Of a DNA stretch of 64,000 nucleotides, positions 46,233 to 58,558 are shown piece after piece. This stretch comes from Neophaeotheca triangularis (Eukaryota). The stretch is taken from assembly GCA_054600435.1 (NCBI GenBank), contig BAAIJX010000025.1:62001-126000 (forward strand). Reading direction: 5' to 3'. The position numbers were made by a program, and so were the translations under genes. Every line of letters begins with the position of its first letter. Position 1 is the first letter of the stretch. The notes under the pieces are model-generated. The model had not been told where the DNA came from. It did no database searches and saw nothing but the letters and a program-made list of their open reading frames with translations.

Positions 46233-47201
46233 GAGCGACCCCTCAGTATACAGGCTAACACGTTGAAGTAGTCGGTCAATTTGGAGCAGTGCAGGGTTTT
46301 CAAAGCGTCAGCATACAAAGCGGAGCAATACTTTCGCCACCAGCCAGAGAGCGGGGCATGGGGCATACGGGCGTTTATTAGGAACAACATCAAGACGACC
46401 GTCGGGCCCCATCTAGCGAGTTTTACATTTCAGGAAGCGACGGGGTTGGATTGGATGGATGGAAGACTTTACATTTTCAACACGCTTTTGGGAGGACAAT
46501 TGCAGGCAAGTTGATGGCGTTTTATCTCGTTCGGGGTTGGGTATGGTTGGCGCGGCGTGGCGGCTCGTTTTTGAGAAGTAACTGGCTACGGCCTACGGCA
46601 TGGAAGAAACTCTTCCCGGCGAAATGAATACTTTGCTTTCCCGACTTTTGCCTTGATCACTCCACTGCTGGTGTCTGTTGCATTTCTTTCCCTTTCGGTT
46701 ATGCGCAGTCAGTCTTTTGTTACGGTTGGGGTTCTGACTCAGTTCCTATAATGCGGATCCGCGCCGGGCTGTCAAGAGGCGATTTGGATACAGGATGCCT
46801 TCTTCTCGGCGCGCGTAGGCTATTGTCATCGGTAAGGGATAAGAACGGAAAGCCGTAAGGCAGTGAACTTCCTGTGAGCTTTTACCAGGACACGCGAAGG
46901 GCGAGTATCCCGACCGTGCCCTGGGCCAGGTTCGATCGAAGTAAGAATACTAAGAATACTACAAGGAACAGTACATGGTACGTGTACCGTGCAGGTAGGT
47001 AGTGCAGCGAAGCCGCCTTCCCCTCCCTCGCTTGCCCAAGAGTTCAGCCTATATCCAGCCTTCCGTGCCTCCTCGGTTGCATTCGTTTGCCAGACTCGTG
47101 TTGTGCTACTGGAAGCGCCGTTGCAAATTACAAGGCCGCGTGCTCTCGAACACAAATCCCATACTGAAACATACTTCACTGTTCGTGAATTGATCACTGC
47201 C

Positions 47202-47636
47202 ATGTCCCTGCAAGATCTTCCCCCAGAACTCACAGAGAGGATCGTTGTTCTACTACCGCCCTCCGACATAAGTTCCTTTCGACTGACAAACAAACTCCTG
47301 GCTTGGAACTCTTCCCAAAAGAATTTCAAAACCAGCTTTCGCTCCAAAACGATTCAGCTTACTGAAAAGAAACTTGGCTCGTTCGTTGCTGTAACGGCAT
47401 TCGGTAGCCTTTGGTGTCTGCTCCAGGAATTGACGCTTGTCGCGCGAGTGTTTGATACCTTGGAATTCACCTCTCGACTCGAAGAGAAAAAGGCACAGGT
47501 CGTATTGGAGCAACCAAAGAGTCAGACGTCGAAAGTATTCGGTCCTTCTAGGGAAGCGGTAGGATTCACCACCAAGCAGGTAGCCTCGCCTTTTGATCTC
47601 TTCTGTACTCTAGCCTTGTATTGGCGAGCGGCGTAG
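47202..47636 (+). pseudogene. Short, probably truncated F-box protein gene (144 codons)
   Basis: N-terminal MSLQDLPPELTERIVVLLPPSDISSFRLTNKLL fits the F-box LxxLPxE pattern; no substrate-binding domain follows. Confidence 0.55.
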
Positions 47637-48729
47637 GAAACTGCCGCCATCTCAGTGTTCTGTTCCTGCGTGGAGGAATCAATCAATGAAGCTAGCCCGC
47701 CTTTGCTGGCCTCGTTTGGCATGTGGAGGCCTTGGTTGAGGAGCAGATTTCTTTCCCTTGTACTTTGCAATGCCGTGTAGCTGCACGAATGAGAGGAGAG
47801 GCGTGTCCGGAACCCTTGAATTGGCGAATACAATGCCGCGTGGTCCCTATAGTGTCATCGTTTTACCCCTGCTCCTCGGCCGTTGTACCTTTCTGAACCC
47901 CGGCGACAAGGCAATCGACTGAGAGGGGGCGATGTTGTGTTTTCGTACTCCTCAAGCACCGTGTACCAGGGACCAACGCCGAGAAGTAGCTAACTGGAGG
48001 TATCAGGACCAGGCAGTTGGAGCATGTCTGTCCTGGGTGATATTGTGTTGGTACCTGCGTACTACTCGTCCTCCAGGTGGGACCATGTTGACTTACGGGA
48101 TCCCAAACTCTGACCCTGAATCAGGACGACTTTCGCAGCCCTAGGAGGCCCCTACTTGCCTCTGGTCTCCTCCCACATGTCTCTCAGTACATACCGTTCT
48201 AAGCCTACGCAAGGATATGGCTGGCCAGAGTACATCCACAGACTGAGGCCGCCTACGGAGCAAAGGGAGAAGCCAGGTGGGCAAAACAAAAGATATAACA
48301 GGCGAAACTCCCACGCAGTCGCCTACGGTCACCCGCTTCAGTGCTTGATTAGGCAGAGGGAAAGAAGGAAGGCCGGATAGTAATGGGATGCAGGAGGTAG
48401 GAGGCAAGGCCAAGGAAGTAGCAGTAACGTCGTTCTCCCCCCTTTCCCCCCTAAATCCTTCTCAGCAAGTAGGCAAAGACGGAAAAGAGAACTCGGCAAT
48501 CAGCAACGAGTTGCGCGTGTAACGTGAGGAGTCCTTATCCATCACGTCACCTACAATCGGATGTGAAGTGCTACCCGGAGGGAACCAAGGTAGCTGTAAA
48601 ATTCACTTTCAAGTCATTCCAGATGGTCCAAATCATGTGCGATTGCGCAGTTGTACACGTGTGGCACACATATCTTCCCTACCTACTTATACTACACTCG
48701 GGTATCTTTTTGTCGGCGGCGGCCAACAC

Positions 48730-51700
48730 TCAAGCCAAGCCGCCATCAGCTTCTTCCACATCCATAGCTTCTGCAAGCCCCTCGTCGTCTTCGCCTGCCT
48801 CTTCCATCTCTTCATCAATGTCCTCATCCTCAATCCTACCGGCAACACCTGCTCCGGAACCACTGACTTCCAAACTTTCTTTCCCTTCTTTCAGCGCCTG
48901 GACCTTCGCCCTGGTTATCTCAACCACATACTGCCCCAGATGCTCGACCCCCTCCATGACAGTGCCCTGCACTTCGTCGCTCACCCCTCTCTCCCCCTCA
49001 ACAGCCTCGGAACTGAACATCTCACCCGTGACCAGCTCCAATGAGTTGCTCCTCTCGAACAACAACCGGAAGGGCTCTCTCAGCTCCAAGCTAGTCTCGA
49101 AAACCTCCCGTCTTCCTAGGACATACAACCCCAACCGCGCACGCGACAGCATGACAGTCAGCCGCCGCAGATCACGCATATACCCTGGCGTCTTAGTGCG
49201 CACGAGTGAAAGGATCACGTAATCGTTTTGCTCGCCCTGGTACTTGTCCACTGTCCCGACCCAGCCGGGCATACCGAAGAGAGGGTTGTTCTTGCACCTC
49301 GTTGTCAAGACGTCGCGGATCAAGGCCCGCTGGCCTGCGTAAGTGGTCAAGAGCGTGATGCGATGGGCTGGGTAGCCGAGCAAGCGCATGTACATGTACA
49401 GTGCCACGGCATATTCGGCTTCGCCTAGGTTTTGAATGAAGTGTGGCGAGGGCTCGGTCTCGCCCTGGCCACGGTAGTCGGGAACGTCGATGAACTGATA
49501 TTCATGCTTGAAGCCGGCATTGGCGCGGACGAACTCGAGCGCTGTGAGGGTGGAGGGTAGGTTGGAAAGTTTAGGGTAGCGCCATTGGTAAAGTTGGGCG
49601 AGAGAGGGGCGGGCGCGACCCTGGACGTCAAGTACGGTGTGAGGGACACCCAGACGGATGAGGCGGCGGAAGAGGGATTGTTCGAGGTTGGCGTAGGAGC
49701 GGAAGGCGGCGTTTGGAATGACGGGGGAATTCTGAAGGTGATCGCCAACGAGCACGATCCGCTGAAGTCGGTTGGTGGGTGCGGTGTGTTGTTTGTCGCT
49801 TGGGGTAGGGTTTTGCAAGGCGAGCGGGATGAAGTTTTCAATTTCGGTGGTTTGCGCCGCTTCTTCCATGATGACGGTGTCGTAGTGGAAGCCAAGTGTG
49901 GCAATTTCCTGTCTGCGCATGGCTGCATGTGTGGAGGTCATCGCGACGATGCGCGCCTCCTTTGTGAGAAGGTAGTTTGCCTTGTCGCGTGCCGTGCGGA
50001 GGATTTCAAAGGGTCGGATCTCAGCCAATTCCGAGAAGATGCGGCGAATGTGGTTTTCGCACCCTTTAGCGATGTCTGCGCATTCTTCGCGGCTAGCTTC
50101 ATCCGGAAAGAGCGGTCGAGGGGTATCTGAGAAGAAGTAATGGAAAGGGAACAGCGTGATGATCTGGTCCTTGGAGGCGCCAGCGTTGATCTCGTCCCAG
50201 TAGCGGGTCCATCGAGGTTGGATCCATACTTGGTTGAAGTAGTCTGCTGTCTCACAACTGTTGTGGTGAGACCCGACCGCGCCTATGCTTGCTGCCAAGC
50301 GATACACCTCTTGAAGATACGCTGCCCCTCGTTCGAGGAAGGATTCAACCCGCCCGGCCTTGCTGAAGCTGGCCTCTGTTTGTAGTTCTTCCTCACCGTG
50401 ACCGAGCCTAAGAAGATGGGTCTGATCGATGTCCAAGGCAACAATCTTCTGGAATAGCTGATTGAGAGCTTGATTCGAGTGAGCAATGAGAAGAGTGCGC
50501 TGCTGCGGGAAGTTGTGGTAGATGTTGCTGATGATCTGGGTCGCAACATCCGTCTTTCCAGTGCCAGGTGGCCCGACGACGACGGTCAGACCAGGCTGGG
50601 TACCAGATGTGATGGCTTCAACCTGTGCCGGAGTAAAGCGAATTGTGTTCAGTTTGGGTGCGTCTGCGGGGTATGGGCCGCTGTTCTCAGGCTTGTACGT
50701 GGACACTCGGAAGGTTTCTGGAGCCTGTTGCGCAGCTTCTTTGCCATCTATTTGGTCTCGCCGCCTCTTCTTTGCTGGACGCTGAGCCGGCTCCTGTTCG
50801 GCGACGGTTTGCTCGAGAACATACGGCGGTGGAAAAACGGCATCGGCGTTCGGGTCTGGTTCCACAGTCTTGCCAGGCAAAGATGCTATCAAGTGCTGCC
50901 AGTCAAGGAATGTGTCACGATAGTCTGTCTTGGTGAGACGGTTGGGCAAACGCTTGTAAGACGCCGAGGCCGGGTCACCGAAACCCAGGAAGACGTCCTT
51001 TAGCCACTCTGGAGCAGGCACGTCGCTTGTAGTAAGCTGTCGGATGCTCTCGAGAACGGATTTGAAGTTGTTCTCTCTCGCCCGCCGACGAACGATTAGG
51101 TTGACGTTGTCGTAGATGTCACCCTGACCCTTGTCTGCACGCTCCTTGTCTTGTCTGTAGGATGCAGCGTCCAATCGTAGCAAGAGTCGCCGTTGGCGGG
51201 GTCTTGCGAAGCCCTCACCATCCCCTTGCGCGCCTTGATTGTAACGCAGAACTCTGCCCTGCTCATCGAGCACGCTGATAACTTCAGCACAACGCAGCGC
51301 TTGCAAGCCCAACTTCTCTGCCTCACCCTGCGGTCCATTGTGACCGTTCGTGAACTTGCGGCTAGTCTCGCTAGGCTGCACAGCAAGCAAGTAGACAACA
51401 TCGTCAGGCTTTAGACTTTCCCATTCCCTCCGGAGGCCAGGCTGTAATTTGCTGACATCTAGAATTACCTCCACCTTAACCTCTGCAAGACTTTGTTCGC
51501 CGATACGCGGCGGCACAGTATCAATAATGGCGGGCTTGGAAATTGGGATAGCCATGCGAGAGAAGCCGTCCCATTGAATGTGCGCACCGCCTCTTCGAGG
51601 TCGAAGTCGTTTGATAGTGTCTTCGACGTGCTGACGGATCTCGTAGAATGCTTCAGACCTGTAAAGGACAAAGCTCCGCCAGAGAAAGTCGCTAATGGTC

Positions 51701-53124
51701 AGGTAGTAAAGGTTGAGTTTCGGCAGCGCAAGAGGCCTGGCTCCGTCGTATGAATCCGTTCGTAGCAGGGTCTGCTCGTAGATGGTACGCTCTGTAGGTA
51801 GGACCGAGACGCTTTGCATGGCGTTGGTGAAGAGAGGTTTACGCTCGAGCAGGGACATCATTGTCTCGTTTAGGAATGCTCGATCTCTAACCACAAGAGA
51901 TCCCTCCGGATAGTCCGTCCGCAAGTTGAGATGCTGGCAAATTTCCGTAACCTCAGCATCCGTCAGCTCTGCAAGATGTCCCTCAAGTTCGTCGCGTTGA
52001 CCCAGGCTACCATTGTTCGCAAGTACCAGAATCTTCAGTTTCTCCGGGTGAAGTTTCAAAGCGATCTTCTGAAGTCGACCAATGGCAGCGTTGTGCTCCT
52101 CGTCATAAGCCTGTTCAGACAGTTGATTCATGCTTTGATCGTCAACTGGAAAAGACACGTAGTGGCCCAGAAGTTGGTACATGTCCCTCAAAAGCCCACT
52201 GTCTTCGTCGATGTACAGAGGTGCGAGGCGGCCGGCAGGCATAATGTTCAGATCCCGCAACAGAGTATTCACGTATCGCCTGGTCGGCATCTGAGATTCC
52301 ATATCGCATAAAAGCTCTAGGAACCGTTCGCAGTATAGCATGTTCTCTGCTTTCTCTTTTGACGGTGGGTCAGCAAAGACTTTTCTCGGATACTGACTGT
52401 ATATCAAAAGCTTACGAGTAGCATCAGAGTCAACGTTGTACAGCTTATTCAAAAATCCGAGCACGAGCGTATACAGCCAACTCCTCTCAAACCGCAGGCG
52501 CGCCAATGCAGACGCATCTGCACCGTCGTATCTCCTCTGCGCCGCACGCCATGCCTTTTGAAGCTGCATGGATTTTGCCAGCTGCTGCTCCCTCGCCCTC
52601 TCGCTATGCATGTGTTCCCAAATGCCGATAGATACGAGGGGTGCACACTCCTTGCGCACCAGGCCATTCTCCAGACTCTGGAATGCACCGACGATAAAGG
52701 TCAATATGTGAGACTGGAGAGCGGTGCTGAGCGACTGATCGATGCTTATGTGCAACACCCTCCGGAAAAAGCTTGAAAAAGCGTCTGGCCTCTCCCCAAA
52801 AGCGTTCCATACCGGTAGGCCTTCTCTTTTCTTCACGTTGGTCAGAAGAACAAGCAGCAGAACATGGTGATCTGAAGACTCGTCCGTGTATCCTGGCCAC
52901 AAGTATCGCTCCAGTGTTTGCAATTGCTCGAGCAAAAGTAGGGTGGAGTATGAAAAGGCCTCATTTTCTAGAGGGTCCCAGATGTCTCCCTTAACCGTGG
53001 ATGCTACGACTTTGCCGGGCTTGGACTTGGTCAGCCATGTCGTCTTTGCGAGCTGAGCAAAGTGATTGTCGCCAGTGAGGTCCGCGACTGTTGGCCGAAA
53101 GGACGGGGTGGTTGCGCCGTCCAT
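48730..53124 (-). CDS. AQR: Spliceosomal RNA helicase Aquarius/Cwf11; probable 60-nt in-frame intron 52415-52356
   Basis: YCERFLE, PTRRYVN, LALPKLNL, GPPGTGKTD, LIAHSNQALN, MEEAAQ, QGRARPS, TVDKYQG. Confidence 0.95.
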   Translation of the reverse strand: MDGATTPSFRPTVADLTGDNHFAQLAKTTWLTKSKPGKVVASTVKGDIWDPLENEAFSYSTLLLLEQLQTLERYLWPGYTDESSDHHVLLLVLLTNVKKREGLPVWNAFGERPDAFSSFFRRVLHISIDQSLSTALQSHILTFIVGAFQSLENGLVRKECAPLVSIGIWEHMHSERAREQQLAKSMQLQKAWRAAQRRYDGADASALARLRFERSWLYTLVLGFLNKLYNVDSDATRKLLIYSQYPRKVFADPPSKEKAENMLYCERFLELLCDMESQMPTRRYVNTLLRDLNIMPAGRLAPLYIDEDSGLLRDMYQLLGHYVSFPVDDQSMNQLSEQAYDEEHNAAIGRLQKIALKLHPEKLKILVLANNGSLGQRDELEGHLAELTDAEVTEICQHLNLRTDYPEGSLVVRDRAFLNETMMSLLERKPLFTNAMQSVSVLPTERTIYEQTLLRTDSYDGARPLALPKLNLYYLTISDFLWRSFVLYRSEAFYEIRQHVEDTIKRLRPRRGGAHIQWDGFSRMAIPISKPAIIDTVPPRIGEQSLAEVKVEVILDVSKLQPGLRREWESLKPDDVVYLLAVQPSETSRKFTNGHNGPQGEAEKLGLQALRCAEVISVLDEQGRVLRYNQGAQGDGEGFARPRQRRLLLRLDAASYRQDKERADKGQGDIYDNVNLIVRRRARENNFKSVLESIRQLTTSDVPAPEWLKDVFLGFGDPASASYKRLPNRLTKTDYRDTFLDWQHLIASLPGKTVEPDPNADAVFPPPYVLEQTVAEQEPAQRPAKKRRRDQIDGKEAAQQAPETFRVSTYKPENSGPYPADAPKLNTIRFTPAQVEAITSGTQPGLTVVVGPPGTGKTDVATQIISNIYHNFPQQRTLLIAHSNQALNQLFQKIVALDIDQTHLLRLGHGEEELQTEASFSKAGRVESFLERGAAYLQEVYRLAASIGAVGSHHNSCETADYFNQVWIQPRWTRYWDEINAGASKDQIITLFPFHYFFSDTPRPLFPDEASREECADIAKGCENHIRRIFSELAEIRPFEILRTARDKANYLLTKEARIVAMTSTHAAMRRQEIATLGFHYDTVIMEEAAQTTEIENFIPLALQNPTPSDKQHTAPTNRLQRIVLVGDHLQNSPVIPNAAFRSYANLEQSLFRRLIRLGVPHTVLDVQGRARPSLAQLYQWRYPKLSNLPSTLTALEFVRANAGFKHEYQFIDVPDYRGQGETEPSPHFIQNLGEAEYAVALYMYMRLLGYPAHRITLLTTYAGQRALIRDVLTTRCKNNPLFGMPGWVGTVDKYQGEQNDYVILSLVRTKTPGYMRDLRRLTVMLSRARLGLYVLGRREVFETSLELREPFRLLFERSNSLELVTGEMFSSEAVEGERGVSDEVQGTVMEGVEHLGQYVVEITRAKVQALKEGKESLEVSGSGAGVAGRIEDEDIDEEMEEAGEDDEGLAEAMDVEEADGGLA

Positions 53125-53492
53125 GCTGGCGGGTGTGTGCGTTTTTTAAAGCCGGCTACTGTTCAATAAATCATGCTGGGATCAATGTAGTCGTCTTTTC
53201 AACTCGTCTCTGGGTGTCTTTTCTTCGAATTTCGCTTCAATAATGTTTCTTGCAACACAAATCAAGCTTAACGTCTGCCGTTGCGCGCAAAAGATTCAAA
53301 GTCGCGAAAGCTCGAAACGCTCGGGCGTTGGTTACTTGTGGCTGAGGCGCTTGTGGCTCTGCCGAAGCTTCTCCGAACGTCAGCAGCATTGGCCGCAGCA
53401 CCAGCACCAGCACCACCACCAGCTACTGCAGACCTCCGACCTCCCCCCTCCCCCCTCGCTCCGCCCTTTGACGCCGACAAGCAACCGCAATA

Positions 53493-54293
53493 ATGTCGAC
53501 GACCACGCAACCCCCGAACACTTCAAAGACTGACTCGATCGAGACCGAACAATACCACCGCCCTCACGTCCCCTCGAAAAAGCTCAACACAGACTACCCG
53601 GTACGGCCACCAACCCGCTGTGTTCAGGTCTAAGGAAAAGAGGCATACTAACGCCACGCCCAGCTTATCGACAATGACCCTCACTTCAAACGAGTCATCG
53701 GCTATGCGCGCCGCTCCGACTACCTGACTGGTGCCGCCGCGACGGCCTTTGGGCCGGCGTTGATGTACTGGTGGGAGCGCATAAGCCCTTCGGAGGTCGG
53801 TAGGGGCGGTTTTGCAAGCGCGATGAGGCTATCTGGAGCGATCTCATTGACGGGAGGGTTCTTAATCTTGTACAGCCGGTCGATTCGTATGTCCATGCAC
53901 TCCCCGAAAGGCAGACGGTGAAAAGAGGGGTAGAGGCGAGCGGAACTTCACAACATGACTCTACAAATGGCATAGAAATGGGGAAAAGGAGGGACAGGTG
54001 CTAACTGGCAGTTTACAGACCGATTCTACGGCTTCAGCGAAAACCGCCGCGAGATCGAGATGGATATGCGCGAAATGACCGACAAGGTCAAGCAGGGCAA
54101 GCCCCTCTACGGCTACTCGACTATGACCGAGTACATGCAAGGCGCCGCACACAGGCAGAGCAGATACACAGGCGTCTGGACGCATGTCATTCCTTGGTTC
54201 AACTTTGTCAACCACAACCACCACGGCGTTGATACTGCCAAGTACTACAGGAACGCTGAGAGGGAGTTGGAGGCCGAGAGGACAGGCGCTTAG
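53493..54293 (+). CDS. Complex I accessory subunit NUXM (20.9/21 kDa), 201 aa; exons 53493-53600, 53664-53886, 54019-54293
   Basis: TDYP|LIDNDPHFKRVIGYARRSDY..RFYGFSEN..IPWFNFVNHNHHGVDTAKYY. Confidence 0.92.
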
Positions 54294-54735
54294 AGGAGAG
54301 TGAGGAAGTTGTGTTCACAAAGCACAAATGGCGGGGTGGAGGCTTTTCATGTCTTTTAACTTTTTTTGAGGCGCTGGGGTGGCTATAGCAAAGCATCTTG
54401 CTAGTCTGTACAAAGCAGAAAATCTTCAGATGAATGGGCCAAAATGTTGCATATTTTCTGTCTCCCGTTCCTCCGCATGGCAGCAAAACGCGAAACATGT
54501 TTGGCGTGAAGCGTACTGTCGTATTCCGGGCGGATATCTAATGCGCCGCTACCCTTCGTAGCGTATGCGAAGCGGTTAAGAAAGAGACCTTTTGCTTACC
54601 TACTACGTAGAAAGTCTTGAACGTAAGTTCAATAGCTACCGCCGGGAGAACGAAGTATACTAAAGGTTGAGGTCACTTATACGTGTCTCCAGCAGATTTA
54701 AACCACTCTTTCCTCGAGACTTTCCTATAGCCGCA

Positions 54736-54753
54736 GGGGGGGGGGGGGGGGGG
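54736..54753. repeat. Poly-G tract (G18) in the convergent NUXM/BTA1 intergenic region
   Basis: 18 consecutive G followed by GA-rich sequence. Confidence 0.93.
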
Positions 54754-54993
54754 AGAGGAGGGGAGCGGCTGTAGACCTTATTACAGGTGCTTTAGAATGG
54801 TTAATAAGGGACAAAAAAGTATCATTGAGGCCGAAAGGCTGGAATAGCACGGATGTCCAGGAGATAACATAGTCCTCCGGTCGTCACCATCCACGTTCTG
54901 CTGTCACCACCTAACCTACTGCCGCCCTGCAGTTGCACTATTGCTTTTAAGCGATACGCTCGCAGCGATATACCGCCACAGCCCAACACGCGC

Positions 54994-57620
54994 CTACGCG
55001 AGAGAAGCAGTCTTGGTACAGATCCAAGTCGAGGCATACATATTGACCCTGCCCACAGAGTTAGCACAGTTCCTTTAGTAGCACCTCAGAAACATAAGAA
55101 GGGGGACAAAACTCACCGATCCGTACAAGTGCCTTCGGGAACCCTAGCAGCGACCCTCTTACCCTTGAACCCAGTCTCGGCAAAGACATCAATATACCAA
55201 GGCATCAACCCCGCACTCCTAATGAGCACGCGCCCACCGATCTTCAGCGCCCTGTTGACCGCTTGCACTTGCTGCCGTGCTTCCGGTCCTCCTGGCGGGA
55301 ACCAGTCCATGCTGTCCATGAGGACTGCGATGGTGAGTGAGCCTGGTTGCATGTGCGCGAACACGTGTTCTAGCTCGTCGGTGTGGATGCGGAGGTTATC
55401 GAGGGGGTTTGGGGTGGAGGCCGCGGAGAGGGTGGCGTGGGAGCGTGGGGAGAGGTAGGTTGGGTGATTTTGCATGGTGTAGTGTCCTGGAGAGTGGAGT
55501 TAGCCAACCGTCCAGGGGAATGTCAGAATGCGCGGGGGCGTAGACTTACCGAGCAGGCAGAGGAGGTAGTAGTGGTTGTCTTGTGACACAAGCGTGTTGT
55601 TGACAACAGGGTCGAGAGTCTGTACACCGTAGTTCCAGATGGATTGACCGCTTCTCATGGGGCTCACACTCGAGGTGGGAGAGTCTTTCTCGGCTTTCGT
55701 AGCATAGGCTTGCTCGAGTCTTGTGGAATAGTCTTGTTCGATCATGGCCCTCTGTTCAGAAGGCACACCCAAGGCTTTCCACAAGAAGCGTTCGGACCCA
55801 ACGACGAAGTATGCCAACAGCTGGCTCAGCAAGACCCTTCTCACACGCTTGGTCCAGATCTCACGTTGCTCGTTTAGTGTCTGCGCCTGACATAGCTTGA
55901 GCATATCTTGCTTGATGCCGAGGAGAGCACCCAACCATTGTACGAGTTGCAAGGCGTGCCTCGACCCGCCTGTGAAATAGAGGCCTTTCCCTTTTGGGTC
56001 GAAGGTGGAGGGGCCTTTATGTAGCCAGTAATCGAAGGCTTGAGAGCTCAAGTGAGGCGAGAGGTTTTCGAGCAGCAACTTCTGGAAACCTTCATGCTTG
56101 CCTTCACCGAAAAGCTTCCAAGTATCTTTGTAGTTCAGCCCGCGGAATGCTGCGACCTTCAGTTCGAGCAAGTGGTTTTGATTCGGGTTCAGGTCGACAG
56201 CGTGGATGCGTTTCGGTCGCTCAAGTGCGTAGGAGAGAATATTATCGCCTGCGCTTGTGATGGCGAGTATGACATCTTCGCTGTTTATCTTCAGGATCCG
56301 CGAGTCGATGCGCGAATCTTCCCAAGTGAAGGCGTAGATGTACTCGTCGTTGAACTGCTTGTGCTTCTGTAGGGAGTCGTCGTAGTAGATGCGAGTACGG
56401 TTGTTCTGATAGTAAGCCGCTGGAAGTGGGAGAGACGCTGCGAGGTTGATGATAGCTGTGTCGTATGCTTTGCTATGCCTTTCCGGACTCGAGCCTCGGC
56501 GGGCGTGTTGTTGGTTCTTGGAGTAGTGATCCAACGCAGTTATAAATGGGCTCTCTGTGACGGCGGCGTCTAGTTGCGCTAATTGTTGCATGCTCGAGCT
56601 CGTGTCCCTCGCACAACCGATGAAGATGTAGTATGGTATGCGGAAGCCCACCAGCTGACATCTACAGTTTGTGCTCAGGATCGTGCCGAATTTGTATTCA
56701 ATGTAGTCTCTTCTGGCTGACTCGAGGTTCACTCGGTCAAGTTCGAACCATGTCCGCCAGAATACCCGAGAGATCCACATGCAATGTCTGTTGATGATGC
56801 CGCCTGTGTAGTTGCGCCCTTGGAATTCGATTTGATTTTGAACGTAGAAGTCGACGATTCCCACTATACCATCAGGCGCCAGTAGTTCGGCTGCGCAGTC
56901 CACTGCCGGGTGGAACTCGGGTATCATCGAAAGGCTGTACGACATTGTCAAGAGATCCGCGCGCACTGTGTCGCCCTCGTCTTCATGGTACACCGACTGG
57001 CCGATGCTAAACTGGGCTTTGGAATCCTCGACACCGGTTTCGTAGTCGCCGAGGCGGAAGGTACGGGCGTCCTGGCAGATAACATGCACATTGTGCCAAC
57101 CAAGTCTCCGAAAGCGCTCGCGAGCAATGTCGCACAGGGAAGTGCTGAGGTCGACCAGGTATACGGCGTGGAAACATGTCGGAACGTCCAGCTGTTGCTG
57201 CATCTGCTCAATATTCCAACCCGTGCCACCTCCAATATCCACCCATATCGGTTTACGAGCATTTCGCCAGCTACTTCGGCGATGGTTCAACTGTGCTGCA
57301 GCTATCGCGAGCATGTTCTCCCGTCCTTGAAGCAGCCTCACTCTCGTGGCGTCGTACACACTTGCTTGAGCCTTGTAGAAACTCTCAAGAGCATCTTGCT
57401 GGCTCCCGGAGTCATCGCCATTGTGCGGTTTCAGGAAGCAGGCGTAAATGAATCGACCGTAGGGGGCGAAGGCGTTGTAGGCTTTAACAAAAAGCGAGAG
57501 CTCCGTGAAAGACAAGATGAAGTAGGACAAGACGATAAGGACCATACAGAGAGTGCCCACACTGATCTGATTTATAGGGTTGGTGAGAGCTGGCCAACCA
57601 GAGTCGGAAAGAGAAGCCAT
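54994..57620 (-). CDS. BTA1: Betaine lipid (DGTS) synthase, BtaB-BtaA fusion, 831 aa; exons 57620-55550, 55486-55117, 55048-54994
   Basis: QQDALESFYKAQASVYDATR, WVDIGGGTG methyltransferase motif, YIYAFTWED, AITSAGDN, AVDLNPNQ, MDSMDWF, DRVNMYAS. Confidence 0.93.
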
Positions 57621-58558
57621 GGTCGAGGCTGGCCGCCGCTTAGCTTGTTGAGAGGAGGAAGCGTAGGAACTTGCGAGCAGATAGGAATGCAGTGGCCGGG
57701 GGGCAAGCAAGGGATGAGACGTAACATTTTGAAGGAGAGCAAACTCGTGAAAATGTTGAATTGACTTACAGAAAACTTACTGGCATGTGCGCATACCGCG
57801 ATGACTGCACTGGTGACCCCACGTTGCCCCTCAACGCGAACATTGCCAGTAGTCGGGGCAGTTTACGGGATTTTGACGCATTTCAGCCTATCAGCAAGGC
57901 ACATGGTAGCATACCAGTCAGCCATGGAGGTCAGAACGTGGTGGCCATGCTACGCTGTGCGTCGAATCGGCTCGCTGCAGGGATTTTGAAGAGGGATCGA
58001 CTCGAGCCATAGCCGGCGCAGGGAAAGTGATCTTATGTTCTAGCCAATTTCAGTGGTCGAGAGGGACCACGGGGGACATGGTCGGAAGGGTGTGCAGGTG
58101 GCATTATTATTGAGGTGAGGTCGAAGTCGACTTCACTCTTGGCGGCGACTCGGACCAATCAAAAGCGAGCTGTTCGCACGCGCTCCGTTTAACAGGCTCA
58201 GGATGCTGCCGTACACCTCACCTAACCCGTTCCAACCTTTCCTCATCGCATCTGACTGCAGAACAGCAATCTTCTTGGGCCAACCCGAGTCTCGCCCGCC
58301 GAATTCGCTATCCAACGCCCGACGTGTGGCATATCTTCGGGATCCATTCTTCCGCGCATCATGCTATCATGGCTTCCTCCTGCCCCTTTCGCCAAGACGC
58401 CCTTACTGGGTAGTTTTCACGCAGTGGAGCTTGGGAAGCTTTTGGCCGAAGACTCATGATTGAAACGTGGAATGTGACAAGTTCAAGCTTTGGCTGGTCG
58501 TACAACGAACATTATACACGCTCTATGAATCTCAACTTTCACGTCCAAATGCTGACAT

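Noticed and set aside
53243..53533. ORFs in the AQR/NUXM divergent promoter, one with a TAATG stop-start overlap
   Set aside because: Low-complexity products of a CCAGCA/CCA repeat, with a TTG start or overlap with NUXM; no coding signature
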